From positions 1-64,000 of the forward strand of contig CDMY01000460.1 in the NCBI GenBank assembly GCA_001179505.1: a stretch of 64,000 bases of DNA, given 5' to 3'. This stretch comes from Vitrella brassicaformis CCMP3155 (taxonomy: Eukaryota > Protista > Chromerida). A program made the translations under genes and the position numbers. Shown in pieces: positions 1-11,576 of the stretch (the first letter of the stretch is position 1; every line of letters begins with the position of its first letter). Under the pieces are notes generated by a model. The model did no database searches, had not been told where the DNA came from, and saw only the letters and a list, made by a program, of their open reading frames with translations.

Positions 1-80
1 ATCACCTGGAAGCTTTGTATACCGTGCATTCAGACCTGCCATCCATCCATTTGTCTTTGGGCTGCTCCTCTCCTCACCAT
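1..80 (-). repeat. Dispersed cassette copy a (partial)
   Basis: atcacctggaagctttgtataccgtgcattcagacctgcc matches 5894-5935 and 58496-58540. Confidence 0.8.
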
Positions 81-130
81 CGCGGCCCCTGCGGGCGGTG
101 ATAGTGATGGGGCGTTTTCTCTTTTGGTCG
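1..130 (-). pseudogene. Fragment of the FunK1-like kinase family (exon ending ...GEERSSPK plus cassette intron), running off the left edge
   Basis: 1-80 (atcacctggaagc...ccatccatttgtctttgggctgctcctctcctcaccat) is nearly the same as 58496-58570 and 59730-59805, which lie inside kinase copies. Confidence 0.55.
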
Positions 131-676
131 GTTACCGATGTGGGGGAAATGGCGCATGCTGCTGCCGGGCTCTGCTCGCCGAATGTGTCGACCTAGACAG
201 AGACACGAAGATCCCGATTGAAAGGCCTGGATCCATCTCATTGTTTACCGTTGACAGGGTCTCGTACCCTCGAGGGAGGGCATGCCGGCGCTCTCCAGCA
301 GCAGCAGCAGGCTGGGCGGCAGCAGCAGCAGCAGCACGGATGGCATGCAGGTGGGCCAGAGTCTACAACAATCCATCAATCCATCCACCACATCACACAG
401 CCCGTATACACCTCTCGCACTCCCATTTCCCGCCCTTGTGTACCTGGCGTGCTGCTTGTCGTCCGGCCTTATCCGTCATGTCGATGACGGACCCTGCCCT
501 GCCATCCGCTGCTTCAGCAGCAGCAGCAGGAGTCTGCCGGCCCCCGACAGCATGATCCTCCAAACCAGTCGCCCGTGGCCGAGTGTGGAACGGCCGCTGG
601 CGATGACGACGAAGGTCGCCCGGGCGATCTGGCTTGGACGGGAGCTGACCAGCAGATCCTGAAGGCACAGACACAA

Positions 677-1084
677 TTAGAAAGACAGAGATCTTTCATG
701 AATCCAACGCCATGCGATATAGGTCTTTTCATTTTGGCCCATCGGACATCGCTTCTCCTCCTTTCTCACCCTGATTGAGGGGAGATGGCCGTGCTGCGCG
801 CATAGTCCTCCCTGATCCGGCTGGCGGGGCGGTTGTGTGGACGAGAGAGAGGGACAGCGAATGATGTCGAGCTCACTGGCGGCTGTCGTCTCCTCTTCTG
901 GGCACAGGATGGCCACCACACTGGCGACGAAGAGGGTGGCCATCTCGAAACACATGAGCCCAAGCCCCAGTGCCGCCGTGACAGCGCTGCCTGCCGCCGT
1001 GACAGCCATGGCCCCACCGGCCGTCACTGCCGCTTTGGTGGCGAGGGCGGCGCCGACAGCGAAGATGGTCTCGACGAAGGGCAT
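677..1084 (-). CDS. Hypothetical small Ala/hydrophobic-rich protein (MPFVETIFAVGAALATK...)
   Basis: ORF 677-1084 has GC3-rich codons and a long hydrophobic N-terminus, directly downstream of cassette b. No recognisable domain. Confidence 0.3.
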   Translation of the reverse strand: MPFVETIFAVGAALATKAAVTAGGAMAVTAAGSAVTAALGLGLMCFEMATLFVASVVAILCPEEETTAASELDIIRCPSLSSTQPPRQPDQGGLCAQHGHLPSIRVRKEEKRCPMGQNEKTYIAWRWIHERSLSF

Positions 1085-1140
1085 CTCGGTGGGCCGACAT
1101 GAAGGGGAGGCGAGAGAGAGAGACTAGGATGGAGGGAGGG

Positions 1141-1285
1141 GGCTGCGTGAGAAAGGAAAACAATTCCCCTCGCGATATAAAATGTAACCAGCGATAGCCA
1201 CTGCACACAAACAGACAGAGACATAAGGCCAGATCACCTGGAAGCTTTGTGTGTTTTGCGTACCTGCTTGTCTTCAACCCGCTCG
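1141..1285 (-). repeat. Dispersed cassette copy b
   Basis: Minus strand: GAAGACAAGCAG|GTACGC...GTGATCTGGCCTTATGTCTCTGTCTGTTTGTGTGCAG|TGGCTATCGCTGGTTACATTTTATATCGCGAGGGG...TTCTCACGCAG. Extended match to 5960-6105. Confidence 0.9.
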
Positions 1286-1344
1286 ACACACACATCGACC
1301 ACCCCCCTTATTCAGCAGCATCACCACTAGCACCACTAGCACAT

Positions 1345-2160
1345 GCATGTGTGTATAGAGTTGGTTGCAGCTGTCGAAATCACACCGTACACATCAGAAA
1401 TCACATTCCATCCATCATACTTATCCCCTCATGCCTATCTATTCCCCTCTCCCTCTCCCGGCTCGCCCGCTCTAGCTGCATGTGTCTGTGTGTGTGCGTA
1501 GTTCAGTAGCGGGCCTTCTTCTTGCACTGGGCGTAGAAGTCGCGCGCCGCCTGGGAGGCACACTGCGGGACGAGGGGGCCCAGCTGCTGCTTCTTAATGA
1601 ACCCGTCCAGCTCCTCTCGGAGGCAGGCGTCGTCCTCGGCCTTGCGCTTCTTCGCGGCCTTGCGCCTTTCCTTGCGGCGCTCTGTCTCCTCCTTGCGGGC
1701 CTTCTCGGCGGCACGTTCGGCGGCGGCCTGCGCTCGGGCGGCCCTGAGCTCCTCCAGCTCCTTCCTCCCGCCCTTGTCGTATGCCTTCTCCTCTTCCTCG
1801 TCCAGGGCCTCGCCGTCGGAGTCCGTGGGGTAGATGATGAGTTCGTCATCGTCGCTCTGAGCAGATAGGCACATACAGGCAGCAGACAGAAAAGGCATTT
1901 GTTTGTCCATCCATCCATCCATCCAGATCTGTCTGTGTCAGATCTGTCTGTGTCAGATCTATGTATCTATCCAGCACACTCACCTCCGACGCGTTGGCCT
2001 TCCCACGTGTGGCCTTCGCCGCCGCCTACAGAGCCAACAAACACACACGTGGGCGCAGGCACGGAGAGATCTGCGCAGGCGGTATTGTCGGCCGACCTTC
2101 TTCTTGGCGTTAGGGTTCACGCCGCGCCGCGCCCGCCCTTCGAATGGCTGTCCAACCCGG
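1345..2160. repeat. ~0.8 kb segment, inverted duplicate of 14620-15490
   Basis: 1381-1500 (cacaccgtacacatcagaaatcaca...tctagctgcatgtgtc) is the reverse complement of 15340-15470, and similarity continues through the coding exon and introns. Confidence 0.9.
1503..2140 (-). CDS. Multi-exon hypothetical acidic/coiled-coil protein (...SDDDELIIYPTDSDGEALDEEE...KKKARY*), copy 1
   Basis: The last exon in ORF 1503-1922 follows a ctcag acceptor. Upstream micro-exons have gt/ag boundaries at about 2000-2130. Confidence 0.5.
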
Positions 2161-2186
2161 GCATGATGCTGACAACAGCTCCTTGG

Positions 2187-3130
2187 TGATGAGTGCTGCC
2201 TTGCTCAGCTCTTCCAGCGCTTCACCTGAGAAGCGACACACACCAAACACACACACGCGCACACACGCTCTCCCCATTCCCTCATATGCTCTCACCTGAC
2301 AACATGCCTCCTGACGACTGATACTTCTGCACGACCACGTCCCGACTGAGGGAACGCACAAATAAAGGCACACGTTGAATGGACAGCTGCAGCGCATTCA
2401 TCAATCCATTCCCCCTCTCCTGCCTCCAATGTGCAACTCTTTGCATACCCTGTCGTGCGGCTATCTCCTCACTGCACTTGGCGATCATCTGAGGCTCGTT
2501 GAGGCAACGCAGCCCGGCAATCTGGGCCTCCACGAGCCGGTCTTCGAGTTTGTTGCGCACATTCACGATGAACGGCACATGGTTCATGAGCTCATTCAGG
2601 TAGTCAGGCTCACTCTCTGCAAACCCCTAACTGAACAACACAGCCGCCAGACAAACACCNNNNNNNNNNNNNNNNNNNNNNNNNNNNNNNNNNNNNNNNN
2701 NNNNNNNNNNNNNNNNNNNNNNNNNNNNNNNNNNNNNNNNNNNNNNNNNNNNNNNNNNNNNNNNNNNNNNNNNNNNNNNNNNNNNNNNNNNNNNNNNNNN
2801 NNNNNNNNNNNNNNNNNNNNNNNNNNNNNNNNNNNNNNNNNNNNNNNNNNNNNNNNNNNNNNNNNNNNNNNNNNNNNNNNNNNNNNNNNNNNNNNNNNNN
2901 NNNNNNNNNNNNNNNNNNNNNNNNNNNNNNNNNNNNNNNNNNNNNNNNNNNNNNNNNNNACCTTCTTAGGCCCTCCCACGCATCTGTCGCAGCCGGGCGT
3001 TGAAGTGGTTGAAGATGGATCTGCCAAGGGCCACTCGCGGTAGGCCTCTTGGTGGCTCTCCCCGACAGATGTACCAGTGGCTTGGCCGAAGTTATGTTCG
3101 CCTCCATCGATGAGCTCCTGGACACACAAA
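2187..3130 (-). pseudogene. Gap-interrupted paralog of the 6756-7530 hypothetical gene
   Basis: 2621-2659 is identical to 6928-6966. 2960-3040 encodes SGPWQIHLQPL.RPAATDAWEGL, as at 7100-7170. Confidence 0.55.
2660..2959. other. Assembly gap (300 N)
   Basis: Run of N. Same-size gaps at 21281-21580, 49979-50278, 59087-59386 and 63528-63827. Confidence 1.
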
Positions 3131-3218
3131 AAATGGTCACACAGATGAGAACGTGAGAATGACTTCATGTGTACATGCTCTCTCTTGACTCGCTTACCTG
3201 CTGCCCACGCAAACCGAA

Positions 3219-3320
3219 AGAAATTCTTTCAGGATATAAGATGTAGACAGCGATATCCACTGCAGACAAACAGACAGAGACACAAGGGCAGATCACTTGA
3301 TGCCTTTCTGTACCGTCCGC
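3219..3320 (-). repeat. Dispersed cassette copy c
   Basis: Minus strand: GTGATCTGCCCTTGTGTCTCTGTCTGTTTGTCTGCAG|TGGATATCGCTGTCTACATCTTATATCCTGAAAG, followed by a CAG|GTAAGC donor. Confidence 0.9.
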
Positions 3321-3780
3321 CTGCATCAAGATGCAACACAACAACGCGAGGAAGAAGAATCCGAATTGGCCGTTCTGTTATGTCAATTCGTGTGGGAATC
3401 GACGGCCACCTGCGCCACCGGCACTCGGGCCTTGGTGGCTGTCGTGCGTGTGGAAGATCATGATTCTGCACACAGACAGAGAAGTGGGAAGAGTTGCAGA
3501 CACATCAATGGCAATTGTGTGCATGTTCCCGAGCAGCATGATGTATGCTCACCTGATGATAATGGTCAAGCCATCGCAGCAGCACAGCGGTATGGGGCTC
3601 TCGACTCCCTCGCTCTCTTAAATGACACCGGCAGCTCCTCCGAGTGAACGTCGAGCCACTGCAGGCACACGACACAACACAAGAGGCAATAGGTATGGAT
3701 GGAAGAGTGTGTGAGCGGATGGTCTGTGTGTGTGCGCGTACATCGAGAAGGCCACAGAACTGTGTGTATTTCTGGGTCGT

Positions 3781-3880
3781 CTCCTCTCGCGATATAAAAT
3801 GTAAACAACGATATCACTGCAGACAATCAGACAGACGGAGACACGAGGCCGGGATCACTTCTTTCTGTGTGCTTACGTAC
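3781..3880 (-). repeat. Dispersed cassette copy d
   Basis: Minus strand: GTGATCCCGGCCTCGTGTCTCCGTCTGTCTGATTGTCTGCAG|TGATATCGTTGTTTACATTTTATATCGCGAGAGG. Confidence 0.9.
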
Positions 3881-3889
3881 TGCACACTC

Positions 3890-4200
3890 CATGCCACTGG
3901 TGCTGCTCGCGGTGGCGCTGGCGGGGTGGTGATGGTGCCGCCCAGCTGTGGGCCCTTCTCGCCCGTGTCCTCGCCGCACACGTGCTCCCCCTTGCCCTGC
4001 TGGTCGTCTGTGGCGTCAGCGGACGGCTGCACGACAACAGACTCACCTACAAACAACCAGAACAGAAGAACCACACACGTGTCAGATGCAGGCAGGTAAG
4101 CAAATGTCATTCGTGCCTGGTCTTGCCGGCTCACCGTCGGCGGGGGGCTGAGGGCCGATGAGCTCCCGAATGCTCCGGAAAGCCCTGTCCTCTCCCCAGC
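3890..4200 (-). pseudogene. Remnant of kinase-family N-terminal exons
   Basis: ACCACCCCGCCAGCGCCACCGCGAGCAGCACCAG (3897-3930) also occurs at 61490-61525. The intron at 4080-4140 matches 63370-63440, and ELIGPQPPAD matches ELIGPQPPSD at about 61710-61740. Confidence 0.65.
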
Positions 4201-4240
4201 CTCGTCGACAACAGAACTAGCCATAGCCCCCACACCACTG

Positions 4241-5480
4241 CTACTGCGGCCGCCCTGCTCTCCTACGTCGCCCATGCGGCCCGCGTCCTCCTTGGCCTGC
4301 CTTGACTCGTCCTTCTCGGCCACGTCTGTCTTGCCTGGGTCTCCCCCGCGCTGCTCTGAGTCTTCCGACTCGGCGGGTGACGGTGCGATGCTGCTCTGGG
4401 TCGGCGATGGCGGCGGGAAGTCTCATCGGGGCTGCTGGACTGGTGCCGTGGTCGTCTTGCCCCTGGTGGCAAAGTTGGCGGCGGCCGGCTCGCTGATGAG
4501 ATCCTCCACTGCGATGGTATCGGCCGGCTCGCCAAATAAGTCCTCCACCGCGATGGTATCCTCCTGACCCTCTTCCCCCTCGACAATCCTGTCGCACTCC
4601 TTCCGGGCACCGGCGCCCATAGCACAGGCAGCTTTCATCATGTTCTTGCAGCAGCGGCGGCAGTAGTTCATCCTTCTTCCTCTGTGGTAGGGGTAGCCGT
4701 GGCGTGCGGGCCCTCAGGGGCGCCGGGCGGGCTGGCGGGGACGGGATAGTGCCTCGGCAGCCCCTGGCTGGGCACTGGAGCCGGCGGGTGGATGAGAGGA
4801 GGTGCCGGCCATCCAGCCACGTAATGTTGACCTTGTTGAGCGTGAGACGGGTGCATGTGTTGATAGCAGGCGTGTGGCGGCGCCATCTCGCTGTTCTCAC
4901 ACTCGAATCGCAGAAAGGGAAAACTGATCAAACACCAATGGCAAGGAAGACACTGCATCACGTGTGTGTAGATTCAAATGGCCATGTGGTGCTGCCTTAC
5001 ATGTGGCGCCATCCGTCTCGTATCGGCGCGGCTCACGCGGCCCTTGGTGCTCTCACTCGTGCTGACCTCACTGTCCGACACGAACACACCGCACTCCCGG
5101 ATGTACTGCACCAATGCACACACACATACAAAAGAGAGACACGTGGTGAATGGCTTCTGCTGCGGTGAGTGCAGGCGCTCACATGTCGTGGTGCCGGTGA
5201 TGTCATCGCGATGATCTCCTTTATTGCCAGCGAATCGAAGGCATTGAGTAGGTCCTCCCGTATCACCACATTGCCGACACAAAGTCGGCTCGACACGGCC
5301 ACCATGTCGCCCATCTCCATTACCTTGGGCCACTCCTTGACGTCGTCGAGCGGCGTGAATCGCACGCTCCCCTGCACCACTAGTGTCAGCGCCCGCATCA
5401 AATCGTGGCCAAACACCGCGATCAGGAGTGTCAGCTTCTCCTCCAGCTCCTTCTCGTCAATGGCCTCGGGCCAAAGATCA
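4241..5480 (-). CDS. Hypothetical exons (e.g. WPEAIDEKELEEKLTLLIAVFG...KEIIAM; DTIAVEDL repeat), probably degenerate
   Basis: Coding-like GC3 bias in ORFs 5033-5752 and 4423-4671. No clear domain, and stops or frame breaks between exons. Confidence 0.3.
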
Positions 5481-5550
5481 CATCCACCACATGGACTGAC
5501 ATAAGAGAGAAAGGTGCGACACATGGACGGTTTCAATGTGTATGGGTGTC

Positions 5551-5581
<31 letters not shown>

Positions 5582-5849
5582 GTCCGCCCGCTTGATGAGT
5601 ACAACTACATGCTCTATGTCAACACACGCATACAGACGGGTTTGGTGTGATGTGTGACGTGTCGTGGCCTGCTTACCGTCTCGTCGATATTCCTGTAGGT
5701 GTTTGGGCCGATAGGGGTTGGCTTCGAGTCCGCAACAGCCAAACACCAACAAAGGAAGACACTGGCCGAAGGAGAAACTCCGTGGCTCTCATGCAGCCGG
5801 TGCAGGTCCGGTCGAGGCACGACGGGTCGATGGTGCAGGTGTACTGACG

Positions 5850-5940
5850 GCGATATCTAGTGCAAAGACAAACAGACAGAGACACAAGGGCAGATCACCT
5901 GGAAGGTTTTCTGTACCGTGCATTCAGACCTGCCATGCAT
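5850..5940 (-). repeat. Dispersed cassette copy e (core truncated)
   Basis: Minus strand: GCACGGTACAGAAAACCTTCCAGGTGATCTGCCCTTGTGTCTCTGTCTGTTTGTCTTTGCACTAGATATCGCCGTC. Confidence 0.85.
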
Positions 5941-5959
5941 TCATCAGAGCTGGGAAATA

Positions 5960-6105
5960 TGCGGGGCCTGCGGGAAAGAAGTCCTCTCGCGATATAAAAT
6001 GTAGACAGCGATATCCACTGCAGACAAACAGACACACAGAGACATAAGGCCAGATCACCTGGAAGCTTTGTGTGTTCTGCGTACCTGCTTTTCTTCAACC
6101 CGCAC
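5960..6105 (-). repeat. Dispersed cassette copy f (consensus-like), tandem with e
   Basis: Minus strand: AAGCAG|GTACGC...GTCTGCAG|TGGATATCGCTGTCTACATTTTATATCGCGAGAGGACTTCTTTCCCGCAG. Confidence 0.9.
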
Positions 6106-6755
6106 ACCCACTCAGAATACGACGACACCACCGTACCCACCAACCCCCCCAACCTCCCCACCTTCTTGTGTATGTATGTGAAGCCTGTCTGCCCTTCTGG
6201 CTGCTTAAAAAACTTGCACCCAGCCATCGATACATCAATCCATCCGGAAAAACAGTCGCACACACACTCTCACACCCCCACACACTCCGCCACCCATATA
6301 TGTATTCGACACACACATCGACCATCTCGCTCCCCTCCCCCTCCCTCATTCAGCAGCAGCACCACTACCACATGCACTTCCACCACCGTCGGCCTTCCGC
6401 GGCTGTTCCCTCCTGCTCCTCGCCTCCTCCACCAGCTGCCGGAGGCTGAGCTGTGAAGCCTCCTCCGCCCTCGCCACCAGCTGGTCTATCTCCAGCCGCT
6501 TGGACTCATCCGGGTCCATGCCACCCTGAATGAGTCGGGCGGCCAGGGACAGGTCCCGTACGGCCCTCTCCCCCCACTGCTCTTCGTGTGCAGACAGACA
6601 GACAGACAGACGAACAGACAGACAGACTGACAGACTAACATGGGCACAGTGAAAAGACGACGGAAAAAACAAAGCACAAGACCCAACATCATCCCACACA
6701 GGCAGCCATCCATCCATTCAGGCATCCATCCACACACAGGCAGCAATCCACTCAC

Positions 6756-7530
6756 TCACTCAGGCAGGGTCAGCGAGGGATTCGACGCCCTCGTCGTTCT
6801 CGCACTCTCCCTCTCCCTCTGTGTCTCTGTCGATGAGGCCTCCTCCCGCCTGGCATCGGCCGCCGTCTCCTCCCGCGACTCGGCCTCGGGGTCGGGCACC
6901 AGGGTGGCCTTGCCGTTGACCATGCGCAAACCCCTAACTGAACAACACAGCCGCCAGACAAACACCAGGAACACTTGGGCAATGATGAGCGGATGTTTCT
7001 TCATCCTGTGCCCGTTCTCACTTAGATGCTGCTGGTCATCGAAGTCTCCCTGGCGCTTCTCCTCGGCACTCAGGCCCGGCTGCACATGCAGAACCTTCTT
7101 CAGGCCCTCCCACGCATCTGTCGCAGCCGGGCGTCGAAGTGGTTGAAGATGGATCTGCCAAGGGCCACTCCACTTGAAGTTTTTGATGTCGTAGCATTTG
7201 GAGCAGGTGGCCTTGACCGTCTCGTTGTCAGGCACCAACGTCGCCACGGAGAACTGCTCCCTGCACATCACACACAGACACAGACCCATCGGGGGCCATG
7301 ACGGACGCAATGTGTGTATCTCTGCCCACTTCAGGACTACATCTACGTGCTCGGTGCCGTTCGGGCCACTTTGGTCCTTGACCTGCTTCCGCAACATGTT
7401 GATGACGAAACCCGCCGCCTGCTCCCCCTGGTTGAATGCCGTGTCGTCGGAGGAGACGCCGTTCTCGTCAGCCGGCCACATGTGGATGCCGTGGGTGTGG
7501 TGTTGTCCCTGCCAGTGAGCTCCTAATGTA
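6756..7530 (-). CDS. Hypothetical lineage-specific protein (CxxC ...KATCSKCYDIK...; SGPWQIHLQPL...)
   Basis: 294-aa ORF 6756-7640 reads through short introns. A paralog lies at 2.6-3.1 kb. Confidence 0.5.
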
Positions 7531-7749
7531 CACACCCACACACATGAAGTACGCAGCACGCGGGCAAGGTGAGTGTTGGTCATGCCGTAACTTACGAAGC
7601 TGAAGACGCGAACGGGTATGCCGGTGAGTTTCCACGTCATGTAGCACAGAGCGGCTCGTCCGCGTACTCGTCTGATAAACTACACAAACACCCCATTCGT
7701 GAGTGCCTGGGTTGGCGTCCCACCCCCGTCTCCTTCATTCCCTCCCTCA

Positions 7750-9515
7750 CTTCGTTTTTCCACCACCTCTTGACTCAACGACCTGGCGAAGGCCGCAACT
7801 GACCAAGAAACATACACACACACACATACAAAGCAGTACAGCAATGTGGGAACACAAGCAGCGGCTCCCGTCAGCCCGTGTGCCTTCTTCCTTACCCTTG
7901 GGTCGCGGATTGAGGTATTTGTCGCGGACCTGCTGTGGGGTGAGCTTCTTCTTCTCGACCTCCGCAGTGAACTCAGCGGCTGAGGGTACACACACACACA
8001 CACACACACACACGCAGAGAGAGAGAGAGAGAGGGAGAGAGAGAGAGAATACACAGTCACTCATCCCGCTTCCCCTCCTCTTCGTTTTCCCCGACCCTTT
8101 TTCGCTACTATGTCGCGTTTGCATATCTTGATGACCTATGTCCGGCTCAGCTTCGATTTCTTGACATGGACGTATAGAAAGTAGATGAAGGCATAGAGAA
8201 CGGCGGTTGATAGTCTGATGAGTTCCCTATGCCTATCAATATCCCAATCGTTACATACAACCTGGGAAGCCACACACACAGAGTGGAGACATAGCCGTGC
8301 TTTTTGTGTTCGTCTCCTTTGTGCTGGGGCTTACTTGACCTGTGACATTTTTGGATGGCCTTCTTGGTCAACCCCTCCAGCTCACCGACTGAGTATGCGC
8401 ACACAGAGAGAATACACAGCTGCAACCCTCCCTCCTTCCCTCCCTCCCTCCCATGTGCGGCTGTTTGTGTACCTTCTTTGGCGGCTGCCTCGTCGCTGTA
8501 CTCCTGGATGAGCTGGTCCATGGTCAGGCTTGCCACCTGAGACTCCATGGCGGCACACATGGTCCTCCAAGCAGTCGGCCACTGTCTTCGAGAACGGCTG
8601 TGCGTTCAGCAGTGCTGAGCGACTGTGTTCATGTTGTCGACTAGGCCCAGCGAAATCAGCTTGCAGAAGCCTCTGACTGAGCAGCACAACAGAGAGTAAG
8701 AGGCTGAAAAGCAGACAAACGAGAGAGATTTCGAGCGGCGCGAGGGAAGCGAATGACGGTGTCGTCTGCCAGAACAAAGCTAACACGACACTCCTTAGTA
8801 CCGTCTACCGTCCCGTCGCGCATGTGCGTGTCTTCTGGTTGGCGCAACCTCTCGGCCAGCTGCAAGACACAAAGACAAACTACTTAATCCATCGGTTCCT
8901 ATGTCTTTTTTCCTCATTTTCTTTTTCTTTTTGTCGGATCAAGGGGTCGCATGTCTGAACAGCAGCGAACGAAGACAATGAAGTGTGCAGTGAACACCAG
9001 ACTCAATAAGGCACGTCCCAACCTCCTGACAAATGCGTCGAGAAAAGGAGACGGCGGAAACGGACCGTGTCGTCTGCAGACAAACATGGCAAAAGGAGGC
9101 ACATGAGCATACGCACAGCAACACAATACGTCATACATTCGCCCCTATACATCATCCATACACCACTCCATTTCCACAGCCAAGAGACACAACGCATAAG
9201 GTGTACCTGATGGAGGCCTCATGAGGCGAAAGAAAGGTGCGCGGGCCCTCTGCTGACATCAGGCAGGCGCCAGGCAGGCCCCAGTCGCTTGGAAAAGGCG
9301 AGGCGCCACCTGCTGAGACGTTGCCCGGGGCACGGCGGCGGAGGAAGGAAGACACGGGGGACATCCGGACAAGTTGGGAGGCATGGGAGGGGATGAGGCG
9401 CGTTGAACAAGCCAACAACCATGCGAAAACAAGATAGAATGAAGGATCTGTGGCTGTGGGAAGGCTGGAAAGCCGAACGCGGCCGGAAATTGCAGAAACC
9501 GTCTTCAAATTTCAT
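7750..9515 (-). CDS. Hypothetical multi-exon protein, divergent from TPI
   Basis: Coding-like segments (MCAAMESQVASLTMDQLIQEYSDE; KECRVSFVLADDTVIRFP; AEFTAEVEKKKLTPQQVRDKYLNP) separated by gt-ag microsatellite introns. Exon joins not fully resolved. Confidence 0.4.
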
Positions 9516-9704
9516 CGGTCTGTCGCCGTCTCATCGCGAAACTATTGTCGCGAAAAATCTCGCCGCACACGCATTTCGAAGGGGAAACGAAAACGACGGA
9601 AGGAACTTTGAAAGCATGAAAAGCCTTCAAGCCCCACAGTCGCTGCCCCCCGTCTCGCCCTCGTGTTTGACGGCGAAGCCTAGGGCGCTTTCGTCGTTTG
9701 CTCA

Positions 9705-11063
<1,359 letters not shown>

Positions 11064-11576
11064 TGAGTGACTGACCCTCCTGCCCTGCAATGCGAGGGCC
11101 ACTGCAATGAGGGGATTCTTCGTGGTGGGGGTTCATAGCTCGTGTGCGTGTGGTTTTGAGGGATTTTTGACAGATCATGGTACCTGAGGAGTGCACAGTG
11201 GACAGGCCAATCGATTGAATGCACCATGTGTGTGTCTCTCTGTCCATCCATCCATCTATCCAATCCATCCATCCATCAACATGACTACAACACACATTCG
11301 TTCGCCGCCCGTCCGTGCACCTGTCATGGTATGGGAAGACATGCATTGGACTAGGCATTACACGCAGCTAAGCATCACATGCCACCGATCCATCAGCTCC
11401 CAAACCCTCCCCTCGACGGGAGCAGGGTTTTAGAAACCCTGAACCCCAGCGGAAGCTCGAGTGCTCAGCATTCACGCGCCTTTGCTGGTGGCAGTTTCGA
11501 ATCCGCATCGCTTCTGCTAGGCAGTCTGCCGTGCAGACCTTGCTGAATCCGCTTTCAGTGGATCTGCCCATCGCTG

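Noticed and set aside
124-662. Plus-strand ORFs over CAG repeats, and the many antisense ORFs across the window
   Set aside because: Expected by chance in GC-rich DNA; they overlap better-supported minus-strand exons or microsatellite introns.
5033-5460. ULP1/SUMO protease-like exon
   Set aside because: Only vague similarity; no WLND or catalytic His/Cys motifs.
5868-5900. GTGATCTG...TGCAG as a stand-alone ~37-nt introner
   Set aside because: It is shorter than the other introns here, and stronger donors (AAGCAG|GTACGC, GAAG|GTAT) lie about 30 nt upstream in most copies.
5990-6002. TATAAAA in the cassette core read as a plus-strand TATA box
   Set aside because: No consistent plus-strand gene follows the copies, several copies mutate it (TACAAAA, TATAAGA), and the splice signals point to the minus strand. 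Not fully excluded.
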